Shown piece by piece: positions 9,617-19,956 of a stretch of 64,000 nt of DNA (position 1 is its first letter; each line of letters opens with the position of its first letter). Origin of the DNA: an uncultured Chthonomonadaceae bacterium (GTDB lineage: Bacteria; Armatimonadota; Chthonomonadetes; Chthonomonadales; Chthonomonadaceae). The position numbers and the translations under genes were made by a program. The stretch is taken from assembly GCA_963835065.1 (NCBI GenBank), contig CAWIEK010000049.1:32001-96000 (forward strand), given 5' to 3'. The notes beneath the pieces are model-generated. The model did no database searches. It was not told where the DNA came from and worked only from the letters and a program-made list of their open reading frames with translations.

Positions 9617-10234
9617 ATGAGAAGTCCGAAACCTGAAACTTGCGCGGGACGTATGGAAAAGGATAAAGAAGCCTCTCATGGCGATTCGATAAATGCGAAT
9701 AGCACGGCGCGTTGCCATCGGGCTTACCTGGGGTTGGGTTCCAGTTTGGGCAATCGGCGCGAGCATTTGCAGGTTGCCCTTGATGGATTGACGGATCGGG
9801 AAGGAACCGTTCGCGCTGTGGTAGTGTCGCCGGTTTACGAGTCGCCGCATTTGGGATTACAGCCGGGAGATGAACAGCGCTACCCGGCGCATTTGAACTG
9901 CGTTGTGGCTGTGGAAACCACGTTGACGCCCGCCGCGCTGCTGCAATGGGTGCAGGAAATCGAAGCGCGGGGGCATCGGCAGCGAACGGAGCGCTGGGGG
10001 CCGCGCACCATTGACATTGATTTGCTGCTGTATGACGACCTGGTAATGCAAACGGATGAACTGACGATCCCGCATCCCGGCGTGAAGCAACGGGCGTTCG
10101 CGCTGAAGCCGTTGTTTGATCTGGTTCCCGATTTTGTATTCCCGGACGGACAACCGTTGCGGGAACTGCTTGCCTCTGAAACCATCTGTGCGCAGCCCAT
10201 AGAGCGAGTGCCCATCCATGAACTTTTTATATGA
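9617..10234 (+). CDS. folK: 2-amino-4-hydroxy-6-hydroxymethyldihydropteridine diphosphokinase (start uncertain)
   Basis: AYLGLGSSLGNR, RWGPRTIDIDLLLY, LTIPHP. Confidence 0.92.
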   Translation: MRSPKPETCAGRMEKDKEASHGDSINANSTARCHRAYLGLGSSLGNRREHLQVALDGLTDREGTVRAVVVSPVYESPHLGLQPGDEQRYPAHLNCVVAVETTLTPAALLQWVQEIEARGHRQRTERWGPRTIDIDLLLYDDLVMQTDELTIPHPGVKQRAFALKPLFDLVPDFVFPDGQPLRELLASETICAQPIERVPIHELFI

Positions 10235-11777
10235 AGCGGTAGACGAGCAGGGCTTGCCCGTGTTCGGCAAAATCGAAGCCCGAACGGAAGCGGACGCGCA
10301 GCGCGAATTGGCGCAGCGCGGTTTGAAACCGCAGTCGCTTGCGCCCTCGTCCGGGAACAGGGAACAGGGAACAGGGAACAGAAGGGAAGAAGACAGAAGC
10401 CAGAAGACAGGAGAGGAAACAGGGAACAGGGAACAGGGAACAGCAGCGCAATCCACAATCGGCAATCGAAAATCGGCAATCGACAATCCTAACACCCTCC
10501 CGTTTTCCGTTGCGGATCGGCTGAATACCAATCCGGCGATGCAGGAAGTGACGAGTATTGGGACGGTGGCTTCGGCTCCGCGTTCGGTGCGGATGTCGGT
10601 GGCGACGGCGAGCGCGCCAATTGCGCAGCAGCAGCCGAAAGTCGGGAACATCACGCTGGCGGGCAACGCGGCCAAAATGCAGGCGCGGGTGACGCAAAGC
10701 AAGGCCACGCCGCAGACCCGTCCGGGCGTAATGGCGCAGGCGTCGGAAACATCGGATTTGGGCGGCGTGAAGACGCGGGACATGATGTTCTTCTTTCGGC
10801 AGTTTGCCAGTTTGACCCATAGCGGCATCACGCTGTTCGGCGCATTGGAAAACCTGGCGGCGCGAACGCCCAATCCCAATCTGGCGCATACAGCGCGGGA
10901 AATGAGCGATGTGGCGCGCAGGGGCGGCATGATTTCCGACGTGATGAAGAAGTACCCGCGCATTTATCCCGAACACGTGACGGGCATGGTGCTGGCGGGC
11001 GAAACGGGCGGGTTTGTCGAGATTGCGCTGTCGGAGATCGCGGACGGGTACGACGCCAATATCAAGCTGTATCGGGGCGCGTGGATTCCCAAAACGATGG
11101 CGTTGCAGGCGTTCTTGATTTTGCCGTTCGTAATCCCGCTGTTTCCGATTTTATTTCGCAGTTTCGATTTTCAGGCCAATCTTGCCGCCTACTTGAAGGT
11201 GGTCACGTTTATCAGCCTGCCGATTAGTTTGGCACTGATTGGCTTGTTGATTTTCGCCGGCAGAAGGCTGCAGTTACCGCAGCATCGGCAACTGCGCGAT
11301 AGCTGGTCTTTGAAAGTGCCCGCGCTGGGGAATTTACAGCGCGAAGTGGCGGTACGGAATTTCCTGCGAATGTTGCGCCGACTGTACCATGCAGGCGTCG
11401 CGCCGATTCATGCGTGGGAAGGCGCGATGAACACGGCAAGCAACGTGGTGATTCGGGATCAGCTTGCGCGTTCGTATGAACTGATGCAGTCGGGAGCCAG
11501 TCTGCCGGAAGCGTTTCAGGCGACGGGATTGTTTGCCGATCAGGTAGAGCAAATGGTGTTCACGGGGCAGCAATCGGGGCAGGTCGTGGAAATGCTGGAT
11601 CAGGCGCAGGCGTATTATGAGGAGCGGGTGGAAGTCGCAACCGGCAAAGCAAAGTTTATGATGCTGCGCATGGGGATACTTGCGATGGTGATCCTGGGCG
11701 GCGGAGCCATGCTGTGGATGGTGAAGAGTTATTTCGGCGCCGTGTTCCACGTCGTGGATACGGAGTTCGGTCAGTAG
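10218..11777 (+). CDS. Type II secretion/type IV pilus platform protein (PilC/GspF family)
   Basis: FLYEAVDEQG...GKIEA N-terminus, FFRQFASL..SGI, AGETGG, two T2SSF repeats with TM helices. Confidence 0.9.
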   Translation: MNFLYEAVDEQGLPVFGKIEARTEADAQRELAQRGLKPQSLAPSSGNREQGTGNRREEDRSQKTGEETGNREQGTAAQSTIGNRKSAIDNPNTLPFSVADRLNTNPAMQEVTSIGTVASAPRSVRMSVATASAPIAQQQPKVGNITLAGNAAKMQARVTQSKATPQTRPGVMAQASETSDLGGVKTRDMMFFFRQFASLTHSGITLFGALENLAARTPNPNLAHTAREMSDVARRGGMISDVMKKYPRIYPEHVTGMVLAGETGGFVEIALSEIADGYDANIKLYRGAWIPKTMALQAFLILPFVIPLFPILFRSFDFQANLAAYLKVVTFISLPISLALIGLLIFAGRRLQLPQHRQLRDSWSLKVPALGNLQREVAVRNFLRMLRRLYHAGVAPIHAWEGAMNTASNVVIRDQLARSYELMQSGASLPEAFQATGLFADQVEQMVFTGQQSGQVVEMLDQAQAYYEERVEVATGKAKFMMLRMGILAMVILGGGAMLWMVKSYFGAVFHVVDTEFGQ

Positions 11778-11832
11778 AAGTAAAAACATTTGCTGGAGTT
11801 GGGAAGCAGGAGCCGGGACAAGGAAAAAGCGT

Positions 11833-13602
11833 ATGCAGCAGTTTACCTATAGCGCGACGGACACAACGGGCAATGTGGTGGAGGGTACGGTTGCCGCCAA
11901 CGACATGATGGTCGCCGCCGATCAGGTGCGCCGCATGGGGTATACTCCTGTTCGCGTGGAAGTCGCGGAAGGAGCGCTGTCCGGCGCGCGTCCGCTTACG
12001 GCTTTGGAGGGTAGGAGTCAGGGATCAGGGATCAGTGGTCAGGGTACGCAGTCAACCCTTGCTAATCCCAACACCGAATACCAACCACCAGCCACCAACC
12101 ACCAGCCACCAACCATCCAACGCCCTGCCGTTCTGGATTTATCGCAGGTGTATGCCACGCCGGAGAATACGGCGAACACGCTGAACGCGCTGAACGCGCT
12201 TGTGGCTCCCACACTGACGAGCGGCGCGGAGTTGACGGCTCCAACGGGGCGCGTACTGGAACCCTGGGAGCGCAGCGTCACTGCCGGTGAAGTCGTGACG
12301 GGGCAGGAATTGACTTCGCCGCAAAACATAGCGGAAACAGTTCAGGCAACGGGAACGACAAACGCGCTGACGGCGAACGGGACGAACGCAACCGTGACTA
12401 ACGCCAACGGCATGATGGCGACACCGCAACTGCAGGCGGGTGAGAGGGTACAGGGGCGCGCGGGCATTCAGATACCGTATGGCGCGGGCGTTGTGTATGA
12501 CAAGAGTACGTGGCAGCGCTTTCTGGAACTGATTATTTACCCCATTCGTTCGGGTGTGGTCATCAAGGAACTCGCGCCGTATTTGCGGCAGTTTGCCACG
12601 CTGATTAATGCCGGTTTGCCCCTCTATCAATCCCTGGTCGCGCTGGAAAGCAACACGCCTAATGCCAAACTGAAGGAGATCACGCGGGAAGCGCAGCGGC
12701 AGGTACAGGCGGGCGGCAAATTCTCCGATGTAATGGCAGCGTACCCCTGGATTTTCCAGCCGATGCAGGTGGCGATGGTGCGGGCGGCGGAACACGGCGG
12801 GATGCTGGATCAAGTGCTGCGGCAGATCGCGGATTACGTGGAACATGAGATGGAAGTCCGGCGGCTGATCAGCCGGGAAACCCTGTACCCGAAAATCACG
12901 CTGTTTTGCGCCTTAATGATTTTGGGACGGCAGGGATTTGTCGGCGGGCTGCCGGCCATTTCGGGCCTGGTCCTGGGCGAGATGGGGCACGGCACGTATA
13001 CCTTCTGGAACTATCTGGCGGATACCGCCGGGTTCGGGCTGACAATTGCCGTACCTATAATGGCGGCGGTGATTGCCTGCAAATTGTTCCTGTTCAATGT
13101 GCCGAGCATACGCGAAGGGTATGAAACCTTCAAAATGGCGATACCGGGATTGGGCAAGGTATCGCAGATGTTTGCCACCGCGCGGTTCGGGCGCACGTAT
13201 GCGGCGTTGTCGCGGGGCGGGTTTCCGGTCGGTTCCGCGCTGCAAATATCGGGCGACGCCTGCGGCAACGCGCTGATGCGGCGGGCGGCATTGAGCGCGA
13301 TACCGGACGCGGAGCGGGGCGGCCTGGTGTCCGATGCGCTGGCGCGAACCCGCGCGTTTCCGTCTATGGCGCTGGACATGCTGCGCACAGGCGAAACATC
13401 GGGCGCAACGGATCAGATGCTGGACCGCGTGGCCGACTTTTACGAGGCGGAAGGCAAGCAGAAAACGCATACGTATGCTATGATTTTAGGCACGGTGGTT
13501 TTCCTGATAGTCGCCTTCATGGTGGGCAACGCGATTATTCAGCAGTACGGCGCATTGGGCGCGCGCAGCACCACGCTGCCGGACGATGGACACGGCGAGT
13601 AG
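11833..13602 (+). CDS. Second PilC/GspF-family protein with a long Thr/Ala-rich linker
   Basis: FTYSATDTTG...GTVAA, RQFATLINAGLPL, AAEHGGMLD, TGETSG..DQMLDRVADFYE. Confidence 0.9.
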   Translation: MQQFTYSATDTTGNVVEGTVAANDMMVAADQVRRMGYTPVRVEVAEGALSGARPLTALEGRSQGSGISGQGTQSTLANPNTEYQPPATNHQPPTIQRPAVLDLSQVYATPENTANTLNALNALVAPTLTSGAELTAPTGRVLEPWERSVTAGEVVTGQELTSPQNIAETVQATGTTNALTANGTNATVTNANGMMATPQLQAGERVQGRAGIQIPYGAGVVYDKSTWQRFLELIIYPIRSGVVIKELAPYLRQFATLINAGLPLYQSLVALESNTPNAKLKEITREAQRQVQAGGKFSDVMAAYPWIFQPMQVAMVRAAEHGGMLDQVLRQIADYVEHEMEVRRLISRETLYPKITLFCALMILGRQGFVGGLPAISGLVLGEMGHGTYTFWNYLADTAGFGLTIAVPIMAAVIACKLFLFNVPSIREGYETFKMAIPGLGKVSQMFATARFGRTYAALSRGGFPVGSALQISGDACGNALMRRAALSAIPDAERGGLVSDALARTRAFPSMALDMLRTGETSGATDQMLDRVADFYEAEGKQKTHTYAMILGTVVFLIVAFMVGNAIIQQYGALGARSTTLPDDGHGE

Positions 13603-13772
13603 CTTGAACCCGATCTTCGGTATTCGGTATTCGGTATTCGGGCAGCCGGCGTTTTCATCAGCTGCTATGAGCGCAGTTCATCCTATCTTTTCCTGAAAAT
13701 TGATGAAGATTAGCAGCTTGTGAGAGGCTGACAATGATCGCATTGTAAAGATGGAATGGTTAATCAACATAG

Positions 13773-15203
13773 ATGAGCAGTTCTACCAAAGACTACTATG
13801 CCGTAATGGGCGTTAATGCGAAGGCGTCCGGGGACGAGATCAAGAAGCGTTACCGCGAACTCGCCCGGCGCTATCATCCCGACGTGAACCCGAAGCCGGA
13901 CGCCGCGCAGAAGATCAAGGAGATCAACGAAGCCTACGGCGTCATTGGGGATACGGAACGTCGGGCTTCCTACGACGCCGAACGCATGTTTGAAGCGAAA
14001 ACGGCTTCCGCTTCGGCTTCCACGCCCCGTCAAACGCCCCCTTCGCAGCCGCCGCGCCCCGCTCCCAACAATGGGAATGTAGGCGGTTCGCGCCCTTTTC
14101 GGCCAACCCCGCCGTCCAACCGCGCCGGCAATGCGTACAACCGTAACAACCCCAATGGCGCAAATTCCAACAGTAACAATGCGGATGCGGATTGGGACTC
14201 GCTGCTGTATGGGCGCAAGCACTCCGATACCAACGCGCGGACGGGTTCGGGCGCAGGAACCACGCGCCCCACCTCTGCCTACGCGGGGCAACAGGCGACA
14301 GCGGCCACTAACCGGGAACGGGTTGCCGCGCAGCGCAAAGCCACGGAGCGCGCGGCGGAAGTGGAGCGGCTTGTTGGAGAAGCGCAGCTTGCGTTCATCA
14401 ATCGCCGGTACGCTGAATCGGAAGATTTTGCGCGGCAGGTGATCCGTTTGGATGGACGGAACGCAGTGGCGTATGAATTGCTGGGAGATGCCGCCCGTAA
14501 GCAGGGAAACACCGAGGGCGCGATACAGGCGTACTCGCTGGCAATACAACTGAACCCGCGCAACCATAACGCGCAGGCAAATTTAGACCGACTCTTGGGG
14601 GTGGGCGGCAAATCCGCGCCTCATGGCCCGACGCTTGCCCGAACGCCGCATGTGCCGCTATCGCAGCGATTGGGCAGCGATCTGGTTGTGAATGGGGCCG
14701 GGGCGGTTTGCCTCGTAGGACTAGGCGGCTGTTTGGGCGCAGTGTATATGTTTCCGGGAACCGGAATTGTGTTGGGCCTGTCGTTTAATCTGCTGATTGC
14801 GCTGATGGTTTGCGGCATATTGGGCGGCGTACTGCTGGCTTTGTATGGCGGGATGCGGCCCCAATCACAGGAACTGGCCGCGCGCAAGGATGGGCGCAGT
14901 CCCGTGCCCTTGCATGGCGTGCTTGGCCTGCTGGCGCTGGTATGGTTTTTCCTGTCGCTGCTGGCGTATCTTGTCGTCGGCATGACGCAGAACCGGGTGT
15001 CGGCGTCCGTGCTGCGCGCGTATGGGCTGACCCTGCTGTTAAATGTAACCTTTGTCATGCTGTATCATCCGGCGGAGTTGGCGCGGGAGGGCAATTTCAG
15101 CGTTCCCACAGCGGCGTTTGCGGGCAATCTCCTGTTTCCGGCGATATTGTTGGGCTGGAAGATCGGGGATACGCTGCGGTTGGGGCGTTACGGAGGGAAC
15201 TGA
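13773..15203 (+). CDS. J-domain protein with TPR repeats and C-terminal membrane domain
   Basis: KDYYAVMGV...YHPD (HPD motif), INEAY; TPR-like AIQAYSLAIQLNPRN; several TM helices. Confidence 0.88.
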   Translation: MSSSTKDYYAVMGVNAKASGDEIKKRYRELARRYHPDVNPKPDAAQKIKEINEAYGVIGDTERRASYDAERMFEAKTASASASTPRQTPPSQPPRPAPNNGNVGGSRPFRPTPPSNRAGNAYNRNNPNGANSNSNNADADWDSLLYGRKHSDTNARTGSGAGTTRPTSAYAGQQATAATNRERVAAQRKATERAAEVERLVGEAQLAFINRRYAESEDFARQVIRLDGRNAVAYELLGDAARKQGNTEGAIQAYSLAIQLNPRNHNAQANLDRLLGVGGKSAPHGPTLARTPHVPLSQRLGSDLVVNGAGAVCLVGLGGCLGAVYMFPGTGIVLGLSFNLLIALMVCGILGGVLLALYGGMRPQSQELAARKDGRSPVPLHGVLGLLALVWFFLSLLAYLVVGMTQNRVSASVLRAYGLTLLLNVTFVMLYHPAELAREGNFSVPTAAFAGNLLFPAILLGWKIGDTLRLGRYGGN

Positions 15204-16238
15204 ATGGCGAACAATTTGGGCAAAGCCATTGATGTCGTGCCGTTGTTCGATCCACGCGAGGGCATGATTGTGCGCGCTCCGCTCGGCGAAGGCGCGGGCT
15301 GGTGGGCGGGCGCTCCGGGAGCCAGTTTCGACGCGGCGACGAACACCTTTTATCTTGTCTATCGCCTGCGACAGCCGCGCGAATTGGGGCGCGGCGTGGA
15401 ATGTCGCATTGCGGCAAGCGATAACGGCGTGACATTCAAGGACATCTGGGCGCTGCCGAAAACGTCGCTTGCCGCCCTGTCGCTGGAGCGTTCGAGTTTA
15501 TTGCGCGGTCTGGACGACAAATGGCGATTGTATCTGAGTTATGTCAGCGAGGAAGACCAGAAGTGGCGTATCAGCGTACTGGAAGCTGATGAGCCGGACG
15601 GGTTTGATCTAAGTCGCCTGCAGGTGGTGATGACGCCGGAAGATGTAGGCGCGGAAGGCGTGAAAGACCCGGCGGTAATGCTGATCGGGCGAATGTACTA
15701 TATGCTGGCGAGTTACGCCACACGGGAAGGCGATCTGTCTGCTGAAGCGCAGCAGGGCAAACACGCGACGGGCGACATTTACAACACCGGCCTGACTCGT
15801 TCGCGGACAGGCGCGGCTATCAGCGGCGACGGACAGCATTTTCAATGGCTTGGAGATGTGTCACCCTTGTCCAATCCTCTTTCGGCTGTGTCCGGCGTTC
15901 GCAACGCCGAAATATCAACTGCGCCTGTATGGGATGCTTACTGCAAGCGGATTGGAAGCGTCGTGCCTTTAGATACGGGCGGTTATTTAGCCTTCTACGA
16001 TGGCAGCGCGTCGGTATCCGAAAACTATGAAGAGAAAACGGGACTTGCGCACTCGTTTGACCTGCGGACGTTTTACTCCCTGTCGCCGCATACTCCCGCG
16101 CTTGTTTCGCCCCACGCAAGCGGCAGCCTGCGCTATATAGACGTGCTGCCGGTCGGACGCGAACTCTTCTATTATTATGAGATAGCGACCGAAGATGGCT
16201 CCCACGAACTGCGCGTCAGCGTTGTGGAACGGGATTGA
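15204..16238 (+). CDS. Putative five-bladed beta-propeller glycosidase-like protein
   Basis: WAGAPGA, FYLVYRLR, KDPAV, SLRYID motifs. Confidence 0.6.
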   Translation: MANNLGKAIDVVPLFDPREGMIVRAPLGEGAGWWAGAPGASFDAATNTFYLVYRLRQPRELGRGVECRIAASDNGVTFKDIWALPKTSLAALSLERSSLLRGLDDKWRLYLSYVSEEDQKWRISVLEADEPDGFDLSRLQVVMTPEDVGAEGVKDPAVMLIGRMYYMLASYATREGDLSAEAQQGKHATGDIYNTGLTRSRTGAAISGDGQHFQWLGDVSPLSNPLSAVSGVRNAEISTAPVWDAYCKRIGSVVPLDTGGYLAFYDGSASVSENYEEKTGLAHSFDLRTFYSLSPHTPALVSPHASGSLRYIDVLPVGRELFYYYEIATEDGSHELRVSVVERD

Positions 16239-16242
16239 GGCC

Positions 16243-16289
16243 AATCCCGTTCAAATAAAAATTCGTAGGGACACAACATGTTGTGTCCT
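16243..16289. repeat. Half copy of the GTAG-REP/MITE element seen at 63595-63746
   Basis: aatcccgttcaaataaaaattcgtagggacacaacatgttgtgtcc matches the reverse complement of the right end of that element. Confidence 0.75.
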
Positions 16290-16340
16290 CTCTGTGTAAT
16301 TTATTGCGCCCTCTCCGTTGAGTATTGAAGGAGTTTTTGT

Positions 16341-17196
16341 ATGTGGATGCGTTGCTTTGGGCTGTCGGCGTTGCTAACAAGTGTTTCGTTGGGCGTGGCT
16401 CGCGCCGATATGTCGGCGCAGGACATTCTCAAGAAAATGAAGGCTGTGTACGACGTAAAAACGTTTCAGGGCACGGTGACGGTGCGGCAGGCGGGAACAA
16501 CCGACGAGAACAAGCCTTTCAACCAGAGCAGTGTTGAGGAAGTGATGTTCAAGCAGCCCGGTATGGTGTACATGAAGAATTCGGGGCCGGCGGTGGGCGG
16601 GACGCAAATCACGGTGTTCACGGGCAAAGAACAAATCATGTACAGTTCCGGGCGCAATCAGTACGTGAAGCAGCCCATGCCTCCTCTACCGCCGAATGCG
16701 CGTATGTCCGTACTGTCGCTGCTGGATGTTAATTTCGACGCGCAAAGTGGCAAGTTGCTGAGTTCCACAACAGTTGGCGGAAAAGCGGCGTATGTGATTC
16801 AGACGTTGCCGGCGGTAATGCCGCTTCCACCCGGCGCGGGAGCGCAGGAAAGAAAGCAACTGGAACAGTTGCGAAAGATGCTGGTTCCCTCGGAACTCGT
16901 GATTGACAAAAAGGATTTTCATCTGCTGCGCGTTACCCAAAAGCAGTCGGGCATGAACCTGACAAAAACGTTGGAACTTGACGCAGCAAACGTTTAATCC
17001 TGATTTACCCGACAACGTTTTCGTCTTCACGCCGCCATCGGGCGCGAAAATGGCAATGCGCGGAGCGCCCAACATACCGGGAGGTATTGTAAAGGGCGGC
17101 AGCGGAAACACAGGCAATCCGGGCGCGCGGGTCAGCAAGGGGAGCGGCAATCCGCTTCCGCCGCCTCATGCCAGTCCGGGCGGGCAGAAGCCGTAA
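16341..17196 (+). CDS. LolA/LppX-like secreted protein (frameshifted near 16980)
   Basis: Signal peptide ARA|D, beta-rich body; C-terminal FNPDLPDNVFVFTPPSGAK lies in the overlapping ORF 16978-17196. Confidence 0.72.
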
Positions 17197-17241
17197 GATT
17201 TTACTTTTAATTTCGCGGCGTGGAAATGAACGGAATTCAAT

Positions 17242-17895
17242 TTGTCAGGTGCAGAAAATAAAGCGCGTATCTATATTGTTCGGCATGGCGTGACGGCGTG
17301 GAACCGCGAGATGCGGATGCAGGGGCATACGGATGTGGCCTTGCATGAGGACGGGAGGCAACAGGCGGCGCTGCTCGCGGTCCGGCTTGCAGGTTCGGCT
17401 TTTCCGCCCGAAGCGATTTATTCCAGTGACTTGAGCCGGGCGCGGGAAACGGCGGAAGCGATTGGCCGCGTGCTTGGCTTGGAAGTGCAGGCGAGCGAAC
17501 AATTACGAGAAACGGGTCTGGGCGAGTGGGAAGGCTTGACGCGGGAGGAAATCGAAACGCGCGGCGATGCCGAACTGCTGGCGAATTATCTGCGCGACTC
17601 GCATACCTACCGTCCTCCCGGCAGCGAAACGCTCGAATCCGTGTGGGAACGCATGAACAGCGTGATGGAAACCATTCGGCGCGATCATCCCGGTGGCAAC
17701 GTCGCGGTTGTCGGGCATGGCGGAAGTCTACGCGCCCTGCTGTGCGCCGCGCTGGACGCGCCGATTTCTTCCATGCGTCACTTATGGCTGGACAACGCTT
17801 CCTTGAGCATCATCGAGGAAACCGGCCCACTCGAACCCCGTCACCGCCGCGTGACGCTGGTGAATGATACGTCCCATCTAGGCATTAGGCATTAG
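17242..17895 (+). CDS. Histidine phosphatase (phosphoglycerate mutase family)
   Basis: IVRHG, SSDLSRARETA, LRE..LGEWEG, VGHGG, DNASLS. Confidence 0.92.
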   Translation: MSGAENKARIYIVRHGVTAWNREMRMQGHTDVALHEDGRQQAALLAVRLAGSAFPPEAIYSSDLSRARETAEAIGRVLGLEVQASEQLRETGLGEWEGLTREEIETRGDAELLANYLRDSHTYRPPGSETLESVWERMNSVMETIRRDHPGGNVAVVGHGGSLRALLCAALDAPISSMRHLWLDNASLSIIEETGPLEPRHRRVTLVNDTSHLGIRH

Positions 17896-17961
17896 GCATC
17901 TGGCATTAGGAACAACATCAAACCTGCCTGCTTATCTCTAATGCCTGATGCCTAATGCCTA

Positions 17962-19107
17962 ATGCCTATGATTTCCGCTCTCTCCCCTCTAACTTACTTC
18001 CGCCGCAATTTAGGCAAAACGCTGCCGATGGCGTTTGTAATCGTGCTTTCCGTGATGATGGTGGCGAGCGTTGTCACCATTATTCGCAGCATTGACCTGA
18101 CCGTGTTTACGCTGTATGGCTACAACCGCTTCTTGACCGGCCTGACGCCGCGCAACGCGCTGGTGATTGACGAGAAGCAGGTCGCCAGAGTGCGCAAACT
18201 GCCGGAATTGGGCGTGATGTACCCGACGCACTCGTATACGGTGCTGGTAAAAACCATCTTCGGCAAGATGCCGTTTCCCCTTTTTGGATTAGATGAGCCG
18301 GGACGCAATCTCATCTTGGAGCGGTGCAGCGTTCGCATTGCGAAGGGCCGGATGCCGATTGACGGACAGCCGGAAGCCGTGATTTCAGACGATGTAGCGC
18401 GCAACATGGGGCTGAAGATCGGCGACGTGATTTCCAAACCGGAATCGGAAGATGCGTATGCCCCGCAGCCGATCAAAGTGGTCGGCCTGCTGCACGGCCC
18501 GGTGTGGATCGGCCTGACCAACAAAGCGTTTGTGGACGCCAATTCGCCGTTTACGTTTGTCGGCTACCTCGCGTTCGCTCCCAGTGGGGATGAACAGGCG
18601 CAGCGGCGTCTCGATACTGCGATGGAAAAGATCGTAGACAAGAAACTGGCGCGGGTGTGGCGGTTCGCCGGGTTGGTGCGCGAAACGAGGAGTGCCCTGT
18701 CCAACCTGTACCTGATTTTGAACATCGTCACCACGCTGATTGTGTTCGCCATTGCGTTTGTGTGCGCTCTGCTGTCAAACATCTACTTCACGCAACGCCT
18801 GCCGGAAATCGCCACGCTGTCAGCCATCGGGTACGGGCGCGGGCAATTATTGCGGCGGGCGTTTGGAGAAACCGCGTTGCTGTGCGTGGTAGGATGGGTG
18901 CTTGGCGGCATCGTAACGGTCGGGCTGCTGTACGCGATCTATCTGGTGGCGCTGGAACCCAAAGGATTGCTTCTTAATCCGGTTGATCCAACCGCGTTTC
19001 TGTTCACCCTGCCGATGCCGTTTACCATTACCGCCTTTGCGATTGTCACCATCTGGCGTCGCCTGTCCCTGCTCGACCCCGTTTCGATTATTGAGCGGCG
19101 GGGGTAG
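17962..19107 (+). CDS. FtsX/MacB-like ABC transporter permease
   Basis: N-terminal TM, extracytoplasmic domain (GRMP...EAVIS), QRLPEIATLSAIG, three C-terminal TMs. Confidence 0.85.
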   Translation: MPMISALSPLTYFRRNLGKTLPMAFVIVLSVMMVASVVTIIRSIDLTVFTLYGYNRFLTGLTPRNALVIDEKQVARVRKLPELGVMYPTHSYTVLVKTIFGKMPFPLFGLDEPGRNLILERCSVRIAKGRMPIDGQPEAVISDDVARNMGLKIGDVISKPESEDAYAPQPIKVVGLLHGPVWIGLTNKAFVDANSPFTFVGYLAFAPSGDEQAQRRLDTAMEKIVDKKLARVWRFAGLVRETRSALSNLYLILNIVTTLIVFAIAFVCALLSNIYFTQRLPEIATLSAIGYGRGQLLRRAFGETALLCVVGWVLGGIVTVGLLYAIYLVALEPKGLLLNPVDPTAFLFTLPMPFTITAFAIVTIWRRLSLLDPVSIIERRG

Positions 19108-19158
19108 GGAATTGACTATTTTCGATTTACGATTGACGATTTGCAGGAAGGAAAGACG

Positions 19159-19743
19159 ATGGCTGAGTCCGTATCTGCGGCACTGGTGACTTTACAGGCG
19201 TATTTCGAGCAGGAAGATGCGGCGACAACAAAAAGCGAGTATTACGACGGAGTAGTTGTGGCAATGTCCGGCGCAACGCCTGCGCATGTCCGTATTACCA
19301 CTAATTTGACGCGGCTGATGGGAAATCAATTGGAAGGACAACCCTGTGAACCATTCGACAGTGATATGCGGGTGTACGTGGAAGCTTGTAATGTCACGTT
19401 TTACCCCGATCAAACGGTCGTCTGTGGAACTCCTGACTTTGCAAATACGACTCTGGCAACGCTGCTCAATCCTGCCCTGATTATCGAAGCGCTTTCCGCC
19501 TCTACGGAGCGGATAGATCGAGGTTACAAATTCGATTGCTACCGAACGTTGCCCTCGCTTTCCATGTATGTGCTGATTGCGCAATTGGAGCCGCGTGTCG
19601 AAGTATTTACCCGGCAGGAAGATGGTTCGTGGCGGTACGAAGTTGCAAAGGGATTGGCGGCTGAAATCGCGCTGCCTGCCATTAACTGTGTGTTGCGTCT
19701 CGCAGAAGTGTATGCGCGTGTCGTGTTTTCACAGGAGGTTTGA
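19159..19743 (+). CDS. Uma2-family endonuclease
   Basis: KSEYYDGVVVAMSGATPAH, FYPD, NPALIIEALSAST..DRG.K, YVLIAQ. Confidence 0.92.
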   Translation: MAESVSAALVTLQAYFEQEDAATTKSEYYDGVVVAMSGATPAHVRITTNLTRLMGNQLEGQPCEPFDSDMRVYVEACNVTFYPDQTVVCGTPDFANTTLATLLNPALIIEALSASTERIDRGYKFDCYRTLPSLSMYVLIAQLEPRVEVFTRQEDGSWRYEVAKGLAAEIALPAINCVLRLAEVYARVVFSQEV

Positions 19744-19807
19744 GCAGGCAGGAAGCAACAAAGGAACTTATGAACAAACTACATGAACTCTGCACAATCT
19801 CACGTCA

Positions 19808-19943
19808 GTCAAGGGAATAAATTCACTCGCTACGCGGCGTACCGCCGAAGCGTCCTTCGGACGCAACTCTGTTTTGCCTGAAACTCCTGTCCGAAGGACA
19901 GTCCGCCGCAGGCGCGTAGCGAGGGAATTTATTCCACTTTGAC
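19808..19943. repeat. Nested palindromic REP/MITE-like element between convergent genes
   Basis: Outer arms ggaataaattcactcgctacgcg / cgcgtagcgagggaatttattcc; inner arms gtccttcggac / gtccgaaggac. Confidence 0.75.
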
Positions 19944-19956
19944 CGTTGCGCATTGA

